Origin: Octopus sinensis
Taxonomy: Eukaryota
Assembly (NCBI RefSeq): GCF_006345805.1
Contig: NC_043002.1
Location: forward strand, 16,058,001 to 16,122,000
Length of the DNA: 64,000 nt
Reading direction: 5' to 3'
Positions 40,320 to 53,659 of the stretch are shown here, one piece after another. Position 1 is the first letter of the stretch. Each line of letters opens with the position of its first letter. The position numbers were made by a program, and so were the translations under genes. The notes under the pieces were generated by a model. It saw only the letters and a program-made list of their open reading frames with translations, was not told the origin of the DNA and did not search any database.

Positions 40320-41014
40320 TTACATTTCATTCTTTTGTTTGTTTCATTCATTTGACTGCGGCCATAGTGGAGCACCGCTTTTAGTCGAACAAAACAGGAG
40401 TTATTCTTTGTAAGCCTAGTACTTATTCTATTGGTGTCTTTTGCCTAACCGCTAAGTTACGAGGACGTAAACACACCAGCGTCGGTTCTCAAGAGATGAT
40501 GGAAGAACAAACACAGATAATCTCTCTCTCTCTTTCACACACACACACATACACATACAAACATATATCACCGTGATCACCGTGACCGACCAGACTATCA
40601 GATGTTGCTACTCATCGCTGGTCATAATGCGCTTCGCATTGTTTTAGCCTTCAAATGACGCCACCCCGCTGGCTAAGCGAGCAGGCCAACAGAAGAAAGT
40701 GTGAGAAAAAGTTGTGGCGAAAGAGTACAGCAGGGATCGCCACCAACCCCTGCCGGAGCCTCGTGGAGCTTCAGGTGTTTTCGCTCAATAAACACACACA
40801 TCGCCCGGTCTGGGAATCGAAACCGCTATCCTGCGACCGCGAGTTCCGCTGCCTAACGTGCTTCTATTAATTTCTGTCTACAAAATTCACTAATAAGGCT
40901 TTGGTCTGCCCGAGGCTACAGCAGAAATCTCTTGCTCAACATGACAAGCATGGGACTGAACCCAGAACCATGTGGTTGGGAAGCAATCTTCTTATCACAC
41001 ATACCCCCTGAGCC

Positions 41015-41020
<6 letters not shown>
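40320..41020 (-). mobile_element. SINE A with a nested SINE C (40566-40857, minus strand)
   Basis: A tail at 40320-40520, then C in the internal microsatellite, then A head at 40860-41020. Confidence 0.85.
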
Positions 41021-41067
<47 letters not shown>

Positions 41068-41099
41068 GATGATATATTATTAAGTGCCTGTATATCTAT

Positions 41100-41151
41100 G
41101 TATATAATAATAATAATAGTAATAATAATAATAATAAAAATAATAATAATG

Positions 41152-41200
<49 letters not shown>

Positions 41201-41209
41201 AATATAATA

Positions 41210-41245
<36 letters not shown>

Positions 41246-41438
41246 TATAATAATAATAATAAAAATAATAATAATAATAATATAATGATAAAATAATGAT
41301 AATAATAATAATATAATAATAATAATAATGATAATAAATAATCATAATAATGATAATGATAATGATAATAATAATATAATATAATATAATAATACTAATA
41401 ATAATAATAATAATGATAATAATAATAATAATAATAAC

Positions 41439-41495
<57 letters not shown>

Positions 41496-41540
41496 TAATA
41501 ATAATGATATAATAATAATAATAATAACAATAATAATAAT
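41100..41540. repeat. Long imperfect (AAT)n tract
   Basis: Directly visible. Confidence 0.97.
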
Positions 41541-42381
41541 AAAAGAGCCTAGAGATTTATATCCAGTTTTATTCAGCAGTTAATTACTTCGTTTCGTTTC
41601 TGCACCTGCACATGTCCCTGCAGCAATTACCTAATGCGCGCTGCAAAAGTTGCATCTTTATGTGCACGTAATGTTATTTTCCACTCCTTCAGGGGTGGAA
41701 ACAACTGCATTACGCAGATAGAATTTAAATTAAATACATGTCCAGTGGTGTTGTCATTGATCCAAAAGTGGCCTTGATTGTGCCCTTCTCGACACTTCTG
41801 GTTAAAAAGTAAAATGATTAGTTGTCCAAGGAATTTTAGAATTCTGGAGACATAAACCGTTCTTAAATAGTCAGTGGTAGTTAGTATCAGGTTACCTTTA
41901 TTTCTTTACCATAATTATCATTCCTCACTCTAGTGTTGCTACCTCTACCGCTATTATTGCTATCTTTCGTATTGTTAGTAATGAGCCATAAGTCTAATAT
42001 TTAGTTCGCTAATTTCATAATTAAATTAGATTTAGTGAAATTTAAGGATACCGTTAATTTCATTTCCAAATTATTCTGTAATCCCTAGAATAAGGTTAAT
42101 TCATTCAGGTGTTTAATTCAATTGCTCTTTGACTTGCTATTGTTTACTTGATTTCAATTTTTCTTTCAATACTATATTTGGATGTAACTACGTGAAGTTA
42201 GATTGAGGTTGGTAAATCAAAGTAACCGGAGATTTTTATACACTCATGAAATTTGCCGACATTAATAACCGGTACATAAGACTGCGGTACCCACTTGGTT
42301 AGCCCGACCAACCATAATTTGCAATCTTAGATATATATATATATATTATACATCCTTACATACATACATATATATACATAA

Positions 42382-42845
42382 GCGGGAGGACCACTAAGTA
42401 GTCGTCCATTATGCTGGAATTCGACCCCCTATGGTCTTACAACAAAGAAAGGAATGTTAAGAGGGGGGACCACTAAGTAGTCGTCCATTATGCTGGAATT
42501 CGACCCCCTATGGTCTTACCACTAAGAAAGGAATGTTCTCAAGAAGATTTAGCAAACGCCAAAATGTAAGCGAGCAAGACTAATGAAAAGATACCAAAAT
42601 TTTGTATCTTTTCATTTGTCTTGCTCGCCTACGATTTGGTGTTTGCAAAATTTTCTTGCGAACATTTCTTTCTTAGTGGTAAGACCATAGGGGTCGACTT
42701 GTAGGATGATGGATGTCCACTTAGTGGTCATCTCTCTTCTATGTATGTAATATCATTTTTCTGAATCTTCAGATTTTTTGTATATGCTAGACCACTGGCT
42801 TTAAATTGATATTAATCAAATTAATATTCAATTTTTCACTCTTAT
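42382..42845. repeat. Foldback palindrome (42461-42738) with a duplicated outer arm end and one-sided flank
   Basis: Arms of about 135 bp around a very short loop; 42382-42460 repeats the start of the left arm. Confidence 0.88.
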
Positions 42846-42867
42846 TTTAAATTTATGTATATAAATG

Positions 42868-42907
<40 letters not shown>

Positions 42908-43889
42908 CAAACTGGGACAAGAACGCAAAACATTTAGAAGATGATGCAATAAACACGGACGTGACATTCGAAGCCTTCAATCTTCAGTCAAGAACCGGAT
43001 CATAATATTATATTATATCATAGTATTCATCGAATACCACAGATGAAGCACGGATAAGTAAAGACAATACTTTCATACAAATGCGCAAACCAAGACTTAA
43101 GGAACTTTCACAGGGTACATGCACAAATAACTTTTCACACATAAATATCTTTCTGAAACTCTGCAGGACAATGCTGCACAGCTAACAGCCTAAATTTTAG
43201 CCATTGGACTATATATAAACGACTTCTGTCCACTCTCCCACCAGACACATTAAATCTGGAGTGCTTTGAATATAACTAAACATGTTCACTCAACCGTGTG
43301 GGCCTTCATTTAAGGCGCAAAATATAGTGTCATGTGACACTAACCGAGATTAAGAAGGAAGCATACAAAAATTTATATACTTAATCATGTGTTCATTCTC
43401 TACAAACACTTGAGAGAAAACATTCATTGAAAGTTTGGATTTGTTCAGTGAACAGTGTTAGCCTTAACTTACGACAGAAAAATTGTCACTTGATACTAAC
43501 ATATGGACGTAGCGGGTAATCTAAAAAACATACTAATTTGAGCCATGAAATCCCTAGAAAAACAAGGCAGACATCAAAATCTACTCAGAAGCAAGACAAC
43601 TGCGACATAAGTCACAACTTTCTATTTGAACATTTAAAAAACAGTCTAATCTGTGAAACCGGTTGAAGCTTCAAATATATTTATTAAAAAAATTTTAACT
43701 ACTCTCAGTGCAATTTCAACTTCTACTGTTCCTATTTTCCTACATTCCATCTATGGGAAACAATTAACATTGTTTCCTATAGATGGTTGAAAAGGAACAC
43801 ACGACTTAATATATATATGGGAAAAAAGTCAAAGGAGGAAATGCTAAAATAATTTTATAATAAGACATTTCTGTACATATGTTTATTTT

Positions 43890-44330
43890 CTTCCTGGCTT
43901 TCAATTGTGTGTTGGGATTTTGTGTTTTAATTGTTATATGATTGTTGTTGCCTTTCATGTTTTGTATGTGTATTGTAGTTTAAGTGCGTGGGTATTAGTA
44001 TGATGTATAGATTTGCCACGTGTGAACTTAATTTTTTCCTTATTCCCGGCGCTAGCTTGTGCTTCATTGTTCTAATGTGTATATACGTTGGCTATGGTCT
44101 CGGTTGCTGATAGATGTGATAATCTGGTAGCTATGTTCCTTTACATTTATATATTGAAAACACTCGTTCGGTCTGTGGTATGTTTCGTACGAAGCCAAGA
44201 ATGTGAACGTATGGAGACAATATTTAATACCACCCACCTGAGGAAACACGACTAGACACATCATGCAGGGTAACAGTTGTGTAATCAAATACCTGCATAT
44301 CTGGAGAAATAGGTTACATGGAAAGAATTG
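43890..44330 (-). mobile_element. Possible decayed Penelope GIY-YIG 3' fragment
   Basis: Strand-biased composition and weak similarity of ORF 44064-44288 to GIY-YIG C-termini. Confidence 0.3.
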
Positions 44331-44400
44331 TAATGGTTAAAAAATAAAATGCCCAAACTTAGTTCTTCTTGATTAAATCAATCATTTTTAATTTTATATT

Positions 44401-44463
<63 letters not shown>

Positions 44464-44931
44464 ATATATATGTGTTTTGATATATATATATACAGAGAGA
44501 GATAGCTAGATATGTGATATATAAATTAACGAGTGATTAATCTGTGTTTCAGTATGGTGTATAGATATGGAGTGTCTCGCGTAGAAATATGTGTGCGTGT
44601 GTTGTGTGTGCCTGTCTGTCTGTTTGTGTGTGATTTATTAAAGAAAACATTATGTTTCTCAGAGAGTGCGAATATCATGTTTGATACTCTGCTCCAATTC
44701 AGTTACAAGTTTTAGAAGGCAGTTCATAGACAGAATCCATTTTCAGCAATCTCTTAAAGAAGCGTAATAAAGAATATTCAGAATGTAAGTTTATTATACA
44801 AAAAAAAAGAAAGAAATTTATTCAGTAATGTAAGGAGTGCTAGCAAGTGGTAACAAGGATTAATCTTGCGTATGAAAGGGAACCAGATATATGTATGCGA
44901 AACATGAAGAAATTGCATAACTTACATAGAG

Positions 44932-45225
44932 AATACCAAACGAGTTCCCTATGGATACCGTATTTATTACAAGCCACGAGTTGTAATAAATACGGTATCC
45001 ATAGGGAATGAGTTTGGTATTTTATTTATTACACACAAATAAACGACCATACTTTATTAACCCAATAACTAAATTCTTCATGCTTAGTTGTAACTTATGA
45101 ATGACAAAAGTAGTGCCGTCACCGTGACCTCGGGTCATCACCATGAATTGACCAATCAGAAGCAGCGCTGTCACCGTAAACTCGGGTCATCACCATGGAT
45201 TGACCAATCAGAAGCAGCGCTCGCA
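44932..45225. repeat. 28-bp perfect hairpin followed by a 2 x about 52-bp CCAAT-containing duplication
   Basis: Arms 44945-44972 and 44981-45008; gtcatcaccatg..ttgaccaatcagaagcagcgct occurs twice. Confidence 0.85.
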
Positions 45226-46339
45226 GTATCTGACATATGTTAGATACCAAAAATATCTCAAAGTGTTCTCACTCACATGTGTGTAATAATATATAGACAC
45301 TGGGGTTCATATGAAGCAGAGTGCAAGCTGATTTTAATCAAATGAGTTGCGTGTAGTTGGTGATGGACACAGAAAATGTATCATGTGGAAGAAAGCTATG
45401 TTGCTTCTAGGCCGTCAAATCCGCAACTGGTTTGAACCTGCCGCTTTGCTGTTGTAATGAGTTTGTTTTCTGATTACGCAGGTCACTTCCGTTTTATTCA
45501 TATCCCCAGCTCTGACCTGCACGGCGCACCTGAACTATGTCACAGCAACAAAATAGATCTTCCCTGTCTCACTAGACTACCTCATTGCAAATCGATATAA
45601 ACAAGAAAAAGGAAAGAGGATAATGCTAAGCAAGGAAAAATAAATGCAATATATAAAATATATTGCATACATAAGAAGTTACCAATTGCTCAAACACTGA
45701 AAAGAATGAAACATGAATACATAAAGAAAAAAAAACATGCAAAAAAATATAAAGGCATAACAGGCACTAAGTTATAGTTCTTATACAAATACTTTCGCAA
45801 AGCCTCTCTGGCGATGGACTGCTACGAGTTGTAACGCATCCTTTTGAAGGTATGAACGCAGGCAAATACCGAGGAGTATGAACGCATATTTATCCATACA
45901 TATATTTAATTTAATGATCTCTTATTTCTAGTTGCCTTATACACACGTCAATTGCACTGAATCTTGTTCTTAACAATGAAGCGCTTTGTGTCACACGTTT
46001 GTGGTTTATGCCTAGGCTTATATTCTTCATAACTTTCCTCCAATACCTTAACAAACTTGACAAATCACACTACTCCTTCAACAAGTGACAATTCTATACG
46101 ATATACACCACATATATACCACTCAAGATGCTTACATAGTCACAGACTTCAACTACAGCCTCGAAGAGTTCTAAGAAAATCTAGATCCTTTCAATCGCAA
46201 TTATTTTAAACATAAAATCTTTCAGTGTTGCAATGTTGCTGCTAAATCACAATTATTCATAATGTGCTAGAATTTAACTTATGAAAGCACAAATTCTCTC
46301 TAGTTGCTTTGGTCACAATTATTACATTTACTAGCTTCA

Positions 46340-46810
46340 AATATTAGACTGGTGCTAATCTGAAGCGCTGCTTTGAAGGGTTTACACCGACAAATCAACC
46401 ACAGTGCCTTTCGTTTTAATTTTTAAATCAAATATTTTTTGTGACAGGCACATAGACAAACCAACAACGTTTGTCCTGCTGTGGTGGCTGAGAAGCACAA
46501 GGACGCACGCATGGTACACACACCTCACACAAACACACACACAGAACCACATACACTAATACGGACGCACACGCACAGACATACACACATATGCACACAC
46601 ACACATACACAAACACCCCACGCAGAGCACGCACACACACACATACATACGTTGGATTTATTTTAGTTTCCGATTATCAAATCCACTCAAAATGTTTTGG
46701 CCGAACAGAAACTCAAGTAGATTACACTTACACAAATCCCTGTGATGTGGGTCTGAATATAGCTCCATGTGATTGAGAAGTAAACTCCTTATCAAACACC
46801 CACTCATGCA
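46340..46810 (-). mobile_element. SINE A, strongly diverged
   Basis: ttttagtttcc..caaatccactca..ggtctgaa..ccatgtg pattern. Confidence 0.6.
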
Positions 46811-47721
46811 CTTGTATTATTATTGCATATCCAATAAATTTATTAACGACTATTAGCAATTATTCTACTTCTAGAGGAGCCCTAGTTGTCTGCCCTTAGT
46901 TTCTCATTTTCTGGAAGTATCACAAATAGGTTATTCTAGGATCTAAAATCTAAGAGGCAAGTTAGCTATTATAGCTCTGACGGACTGTTTATAGATGCAG
47001 AAAAAGACAATATATTTATGGCTGCATGTATCTCGTAAAACAGGAAACGTGCGGGTTTCATCATCAACAACATCGTTCATTTTAAACTCGAGGTGCACTC
47101 CTCCATTTTCACTGACGCCAATACAGAACCTCAAATCAAATCTCATTCCTAGCACACAATTATTTCAAATATTGCAACAAATGAGACATATGACACTCAT
47201 GTAAATTGCTATCCGTGAATTTTTCGCATTTACTAAATCTCACTTTTTATTAAACATCCACATGTGTCATAAGATCTGTGTTTGATTGATTAGGTCACGA
47301 GCACTTTTGACAAAACCACACATAAACACATGTCTGTGAGACAGAAAACTTAGGAAATAATTTTGAGATTAGTGTTTCAGAATACTGAAAGTACGTGTGA
47401 CGCACTAACCCATAAATAATGCAAAATATACACAACAAGTACTGATATATACACACACACACACACGCATACATACATACATATGTGTGTATGTGTGTTT
47501 GTAAAGGAATGTATATAAATGAAATATATGTAGACAAATGTATACAGAAACGCACACAAACACATATATGTATGTATATATAAAAAATGGGCTAGAAAAG
47601 TAGAGATAGATAGATACATAGATAGATAGATGTACAGACGGATAGATAGATAAATATATAGATAGAGAGATAGAGAGAGAGAGAGAGATAAAGAGATAGA
47701 TAGATAAATAGACAGATAGAT

Positions 47722-47766
<45 letters not shown>

Positions 47767-47846
47767 GAGAGAGATAGATAGATAGATAGATAGATAGATA
47801 TAGATAGATATATATATATATAGATAGATAGATAGATAGATAGATA

Positions 47847-48368
47847 TGTTTCTTTATTAGCCACACAGGGCTGCACACAGATAGAACAAATTATAAGGTA
47901 GAGCTTTTCTTTTGAAGGTTTAAAAAATAAAAAAAATAAAAAAAAAAGAAGGGGGAGTTTCGATCAAAAGGGATCGTAAAAGGAGAGAAAGAGGACAAAA
48001 AAAGGGGGGTTAAAAAAAGGGGGAGAGGAAAAAAAAAATTGATCAATAGGGATCGTTATCACAGAAATGTCAATATGAAGTGTAAAGGGGAGGACAGGTG
48101 AGGTTTACCCGTGGAAAGAAAAGCCTACGGAAAAGACCACGGTAACCTCGGTCAATGGAGTCACATGTTATATTTCTTTTTTTTTTTTTTTGCAAATAAG
48201 CAACTCTCTGTTTTCAATTTCTGGGTTCATAGGATCATGTTCAAGGTGGCTTCGTCATTCATACGTGCCATTCTTGCTACATTCACCCATCTTCTTTTAA
48301 AACAGTCGCTAGACAAAACTTGCCTCTCTACTCTCACTTTCCTTTTCAAGTGGTACTTGAAGAAGTTA
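47847..48368 (-). mobile_element. 5'-truncated Tx1/L1-like LINE 3' end in (GATA)n
   Basis: NFFKYHLKRKVRVERQVLSSDCFKRRWVNVARM* then a 3' UTR ending AATAAAGAAACA|tatctatc. Confidence 0.8.
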
Positions 48369-48404
48369 GATAGATAGATAGACAGATAGACAGATAGATA
48401 GATA

Positions 48405-48911
48405 ACTTTTTATTGTGGCCTCACAGGGCTAAACACAGAATAAAAATGGACGAAATACAATGTAGAGTTTTTTCTTTTCGAGGTGGGAAGGGTGGGATAT
48501 ACAAAGACAAAACAAAGTTCGATCAATAGGGATCTGTGGGTTGTGTGGTGTATAAAAATATAATATATATATATATATATATATATGAATAAAGTTCACA
48601 GTTTAGGTGTAGCACTGGAAAGAAAAACTTACAAAAAAGACCAAGGTCACCTCAGACAGTTCAAAAATGAACACATGAGTAAGTCACCTTACCTCTCGTT
48701 GTCTCTTTTGGTCACAGATTTACACTAAAAATAGTGTCGTCTTTCATACTGATCATTTTTGCCACTTTTACCCACTTTTTATTAAAAGATTCGTTCGACA
48801 AAGCCTTCCTCTCTATTCTCATCCTCCTTTTCAAGTGGTACTTGAAAAAGTTGACGAGAGACTGACCAGAGAGGAAGGTGTTTGTTTGCAGTCCTTTCAA
48901 ACGCGTCCACC
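48405..48911 (-). mobile_element. Second, diverged Tx1/L1-like LINE 3' end in (GATA)n
   Basis: [50 protein letters not shown]; ends AATAAAAAG|ttatctatc. Confidence 0.8.
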
Positions 48912-49001
<90 letters not shown>

Positions 49002-49003
49002 AT

Positions 49004-49048
<45 letters not shown>

Positions 49049-49597
49049 TATAGATAGATAGATAGATATATAGATAGATAGATACATAGAAAGGTGAATA
49101 CATACATAATCACATGTTGCATATTAAAAAAGTCAGTTGAATATTTGTCTCAGAAGATTTCTTAAAGGAATTCCGACACTATAAATATTGAAACGTCAGG
49201 TGGAAGCACAAACCATCTATTTGCATTTATAAATTTTTAAAACTTGCATTATCATTGCATTATAAAATAACTAGAGTGTCATTTAAAATGTGTGTGTATA
49301 TATATAGAAACACGCTAAGTCTACTAGTGACAGCTGATGAAGGGGATTTTCCTTGTGTAGCATGTCCTGTACCTTGTTTTTTGTGTTGTAAATAATGCTT
49401 TTCCCGTTTTCGTTCTCGTCCTGTTCCACGTCTCTGTCTTTCTTTTGTAAATGGCTTTTCCGTTTTCGTTTCTGTTGAGTTTTTACGTCTTTTTGTGGTG
49501 TCCTGTACGTATATATATTTATATATGCATGTATATATAGATGTAGATATCGGTACGTACATATATGTTTGTGTGTATGCATATATTTTATTTATTA

Positions 49598-49628
<31 letters not shown>

Positions 49629-49729
49629 CGGTAGAAGATATTTCAGTGAAGGAACACGTGTTTGGATATATAAAAATGATAAAAGAGGGAAAAGCACAGA
49701 ACGTTTGTTTTACTGGATTAAGAATATGT

Positions 49730-49945
49730 TAGAGTCATGATAATAATGTTAGTATACAATTTTGTACAAAAAAATATATTTTGCACTTTCAACAAAATTA
49801 AAGTAAGAACCGATTTCGTAACGCTCATCAGTCTATTTTTTAGCATGGTGTGCGATGCGAAACCGGTTCTTACTGCAAATGTTGAAAGAAGAAAATCGTA
49901 TTTCATACAAACTTGTACAATATTTTTATTATTATGACTCTACTA
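49730..49945. repeat. Inverted duplication with hammerhead-like cores
   Basis: Minus strand CTGATGA-gcgttac-GAAATCGGTT at 49809-49831; plus strand gcgatgc-GAAACCGGTT on the other arm. Confidence 0.7.
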
Positions 49946-50061
49946 TACGCCTTAATCCTGTAAAACAAATCTGTGTTTTCCAGAATTTCTCTTTCTGTAT
50001 ATATGGGTATATATATATATGTATACATATATATATATATATACATACATACACACACACA

Positions 50062-50115
<54 letters not shown>

Positions 50116-50220
50116 AATTTAAAGTGAGGTTGAGAAATTTGATACTAATTAACATCAATTTCACACCAGTGGTCAAGCATATAAAAATCTGCAGGTTTAG
50201 TAAATTGGATTATATACATA

Positions 50221-50456
50221 TGAGAGGCATGACCACTATGTGGACAGCCCTTATTCTAGAAGTAGATCTGCTATGGTCTTACCAGTAAGAAAGTTTCTCA
50301 AGAAAAATTTGGCAAACAACAGAACGTTTGCGAGCAAGACAAATGAAAAGTAACAAAAATATAGATGTTTGCTAAATTTTCTCCAGAACTTTTCTTCGTG
50401 GTAACATCATAGCAGATCTACTTCTAGCATAAGGGTTGTCCACATAGTAATCATCC

Positions 50457-50462
<6 letters not shown>
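50221..50462. repeat. Foldback palindrome (family of 11466 and 42461)
   Basis: tctagaagtagatctgctatg / catagcagatctacttctagc. Confidence 0.85.
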
Positions 50463-50510
<48 letters not shown>

Positions 50511-50599
50511 ACTAATGTAGGATAAACAATTTTTGGAGAAAAATTTTTTTATCAATGGCTAGCATATCAAAGAATACCTTTAAAGGTTAAATTTATAAA

Positions 50600-50928
50600 T
50601 AATTTACAAAATAAGGGCAAAAGAAAAATTCTAATGCCAAATATGCCGAACAAAAGACAAAATTGTCAATACCCATTATAACTTATGCGTCTCGAAACAA
50701 ACCGATAGAAATTTCTAAAAAATCCGTTATTACCGTATTGGTCCCAATTTCCGGGTTAATTCATAAGAATTTTCCACTCTTCAGCGATAAATACGTAAGA
50801 TATAAGTGAAATACTTACTAATACCCATTGTTTCGAGACGCATAAATTATAATGGTTATTGATAATGTTGTCTTTTTTTCGGCATATTTGGCATTAGAAT
50901 TGTCCTTTTGCCCTTATTTTGTAAATTA
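50600..50928. repeat. Foldback palindrome (family of 4520)
   Basis: ttctaatgccaaatatgccg..tgcgtctcgaaacaa / ttgtttcgagacgca..cggcatatttggcattagaa. Confidence 0.85.
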
Positions 50929-51177
50929 TATATATACTCTCTTTTACTTTTACTCTTTTACTTATTTCAGTCATTTGACTGCGGCCATGCTGGAGCACCG
51001 CCTTTTAGTCGAGCAACTCGACCCCGGGACTTATTCTTTGTAAGCCCAGTACTTAATCTATCGTTCTCCCAGGCCGAACCGCTAAGTAATATATTCTCTA
51101 TATATATATGCGTATGTTTATATGAATGTATATATATATATATATTATATATATATATGTATATATGTATGTATATA

Positions 51178-51221
<44 letters not shown>

Positions 51222-51877
51222 CATGTATGTATTTATATATGTGTTTGTACACTTGTTTAAAAGAGACCGAATGTATGATTCGGGATTGTCTTTCACTAAT
51301 GATCATGCAAGATGACGGATATTATTTCGGTCACTAACGCAGAAAATCACTGGCTCACAGCGAAGCACGCAATCATGCACACACATACAGACACTGAGCA
51401 TCCAGAGATGACATACCTTTAAATTTGTATGCGTGTGTCTCTGAGTCGAGAGAAAGTGGGGCGTGAGAGAGAGAGAGAGAAAGTGAAATATTGCGAGACG
51501 AAGTTACATCGAAGTTTACATTTATGTGTGCGCGTGTATTTCGTATGTGCGTATTATGTATGTATGCATACTTGTATATGTGTATGTAAGTATGTATGCA
51601 TGTATGTATGTATGTATGTATGTATGTATGTATGTATGTATGTATGTATGTATGTATGTATGTATGCATGTATGTATGTATATATGCATATATATATATA
51701 TATATATATAAGCTTACGCACATATATATTTATACATGCATATACACCTATATATGTATACATATATACGTATATATATATACATATATAAATATATATT
51801 ATATATATAAATATATATGTATACATATATATGTGTATGAGCATGTATAAATATATATATATATGTGTGTGTATGTA

Positions 51878-51909
<32 letters not shown>

Positions 51910-51999
51910 TTATATACATATATACATATATGTATATATGTATATATATACATATATATATACATACACACACACATATATATATATATACATACATAT

Positions 52000-52064
<65 letters not shown>

Positions 52065-53659
52065 TATTCGAATGTGTGTGTGAGCAATTGTGTGTGAGCG
52101 TGCGTACTTACAAACCTATAAACGTGAAAAGTGAAACACAGATTTCGAGGGATTGCCTTCTACTTATAGACATAGATATCTGTATATCTGTATAAAAATA
52201 CGTAGAAAGGCCGTGCGTAGGTGTTTGTATATATCTCTGTACACAATTTGTCAAGTAGCTTCTTCTGATGTAAATCTGATTGACACAGATGCATATTCTA
52301 TTCATGATTCACTGTACAAATGCCCATGAAACGTTCAATACAAGCCTCCGATTCTGCAACAGTCAACCTCTTCAACAATATTTAAATCAATAAATTATAA
52401 AAGTACTTGTTATGCGAACTAATGTCATGTTATTCATCTGACATCTAACATCAAACAATACTCCGCATTTTAGAGTTCTCCTTAGAAACGGCGTATCTTA
52501 GTGATAGTGATTTTCCTTGACAGTAATTCGTTTATATACTGCCATAACTCGATTCGTCATTTTATAATCATTTCTCTGATACCACATTGCTAAACTATAA
52601 TTTTATATTGCATTTAGATGTCGACATATATTTATGTGAGAATATCTGCATAATATCTTTAAATCTCCGAAATACGTTGATTATATCTACGCCTCTCTTG
52701 TTTATCGTTCGTATCCACTTAACTATCTATAATTTTATATGTGTATGATTTTATTAGTCTATCCCTATACTATATAATTCGATCGATCCATGTATTTCAC
52801 AACAAATATTTCACCACGTATATGTGTATGTGCCAGCGTGCATGTGTGTATCTGTTTATGAAACTTCATATATACATCAATATGTGTGTTTGTGTTTGTA
52901 TATATATATATACATACCTTTCTCTTTACACACATGCACTTATATATATGTATATAAATATAATACCATATTACATTATATTATATTACACATTTTTTAA
53001 TATTTATTTTATATTATATCATATCGTACATATATATATGCCATATGTGTGTATATATGGATGTATATATGGATGCGTGTGCATGAATATATGAGTGTGT
53101 GCTGGCGTGTGTCTACAAGTACAAATACGAAGATAAAACCTAAAAGATGAGAATATGTATAGTAATCCAATTTGCAGAAATTACAGAGTAACTCAAGGGC
53201 CGAGATTTTGAAATTTCTGGTGATTAAATGATATGTATATACACATACATACACACATACACAGATATAGATAGATACATAGATAGATAAATAGATAGAG
53301 AGTTAGATACGTATATATAATATGTACATATATATATAGATATACATATATAATCTATATATATATGTATGTATGTGTGTGTGTGTGTATGTGTGTGTGT
53401 GCAGAGAGAGAGAGAGAGTTTTTGTGTGAGCGTGCTTGTGTAAAATATATCAATTTCGCCCTATTTGCATCGTTATACTCTGTTTACTAAATCTAAACTA
53501 CCATACATGAAAACCTACAAGAAATCTAGTATTAATTATTCAGAATTGCAAGTGAGAAGATTCAATATGTTTTCAATGCTATACCAATTGAAACTCATGC
53601 ATAAAATTTAAAATTTGAAGTAAAAAGAAATGTGTATGGCAGTATAATATCCAAAGACA

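Noticed and set aside
42950-42995. CTGAAGA...GAA...GTC on the minus strand, with similar motifs at 12805-12845 and 49330-49370
   Set aside because: Stem I does not pair or the GAAA is missing, so they were not counted as hammerheads; they could be variants if a family consensus restores the core.
46943-47204. Overlapping non-repetitive ORFs as a possible host exon
   Set aside because: No recognisable domain and no convincing splice pair; 70-aa ORFs are expected by chance.
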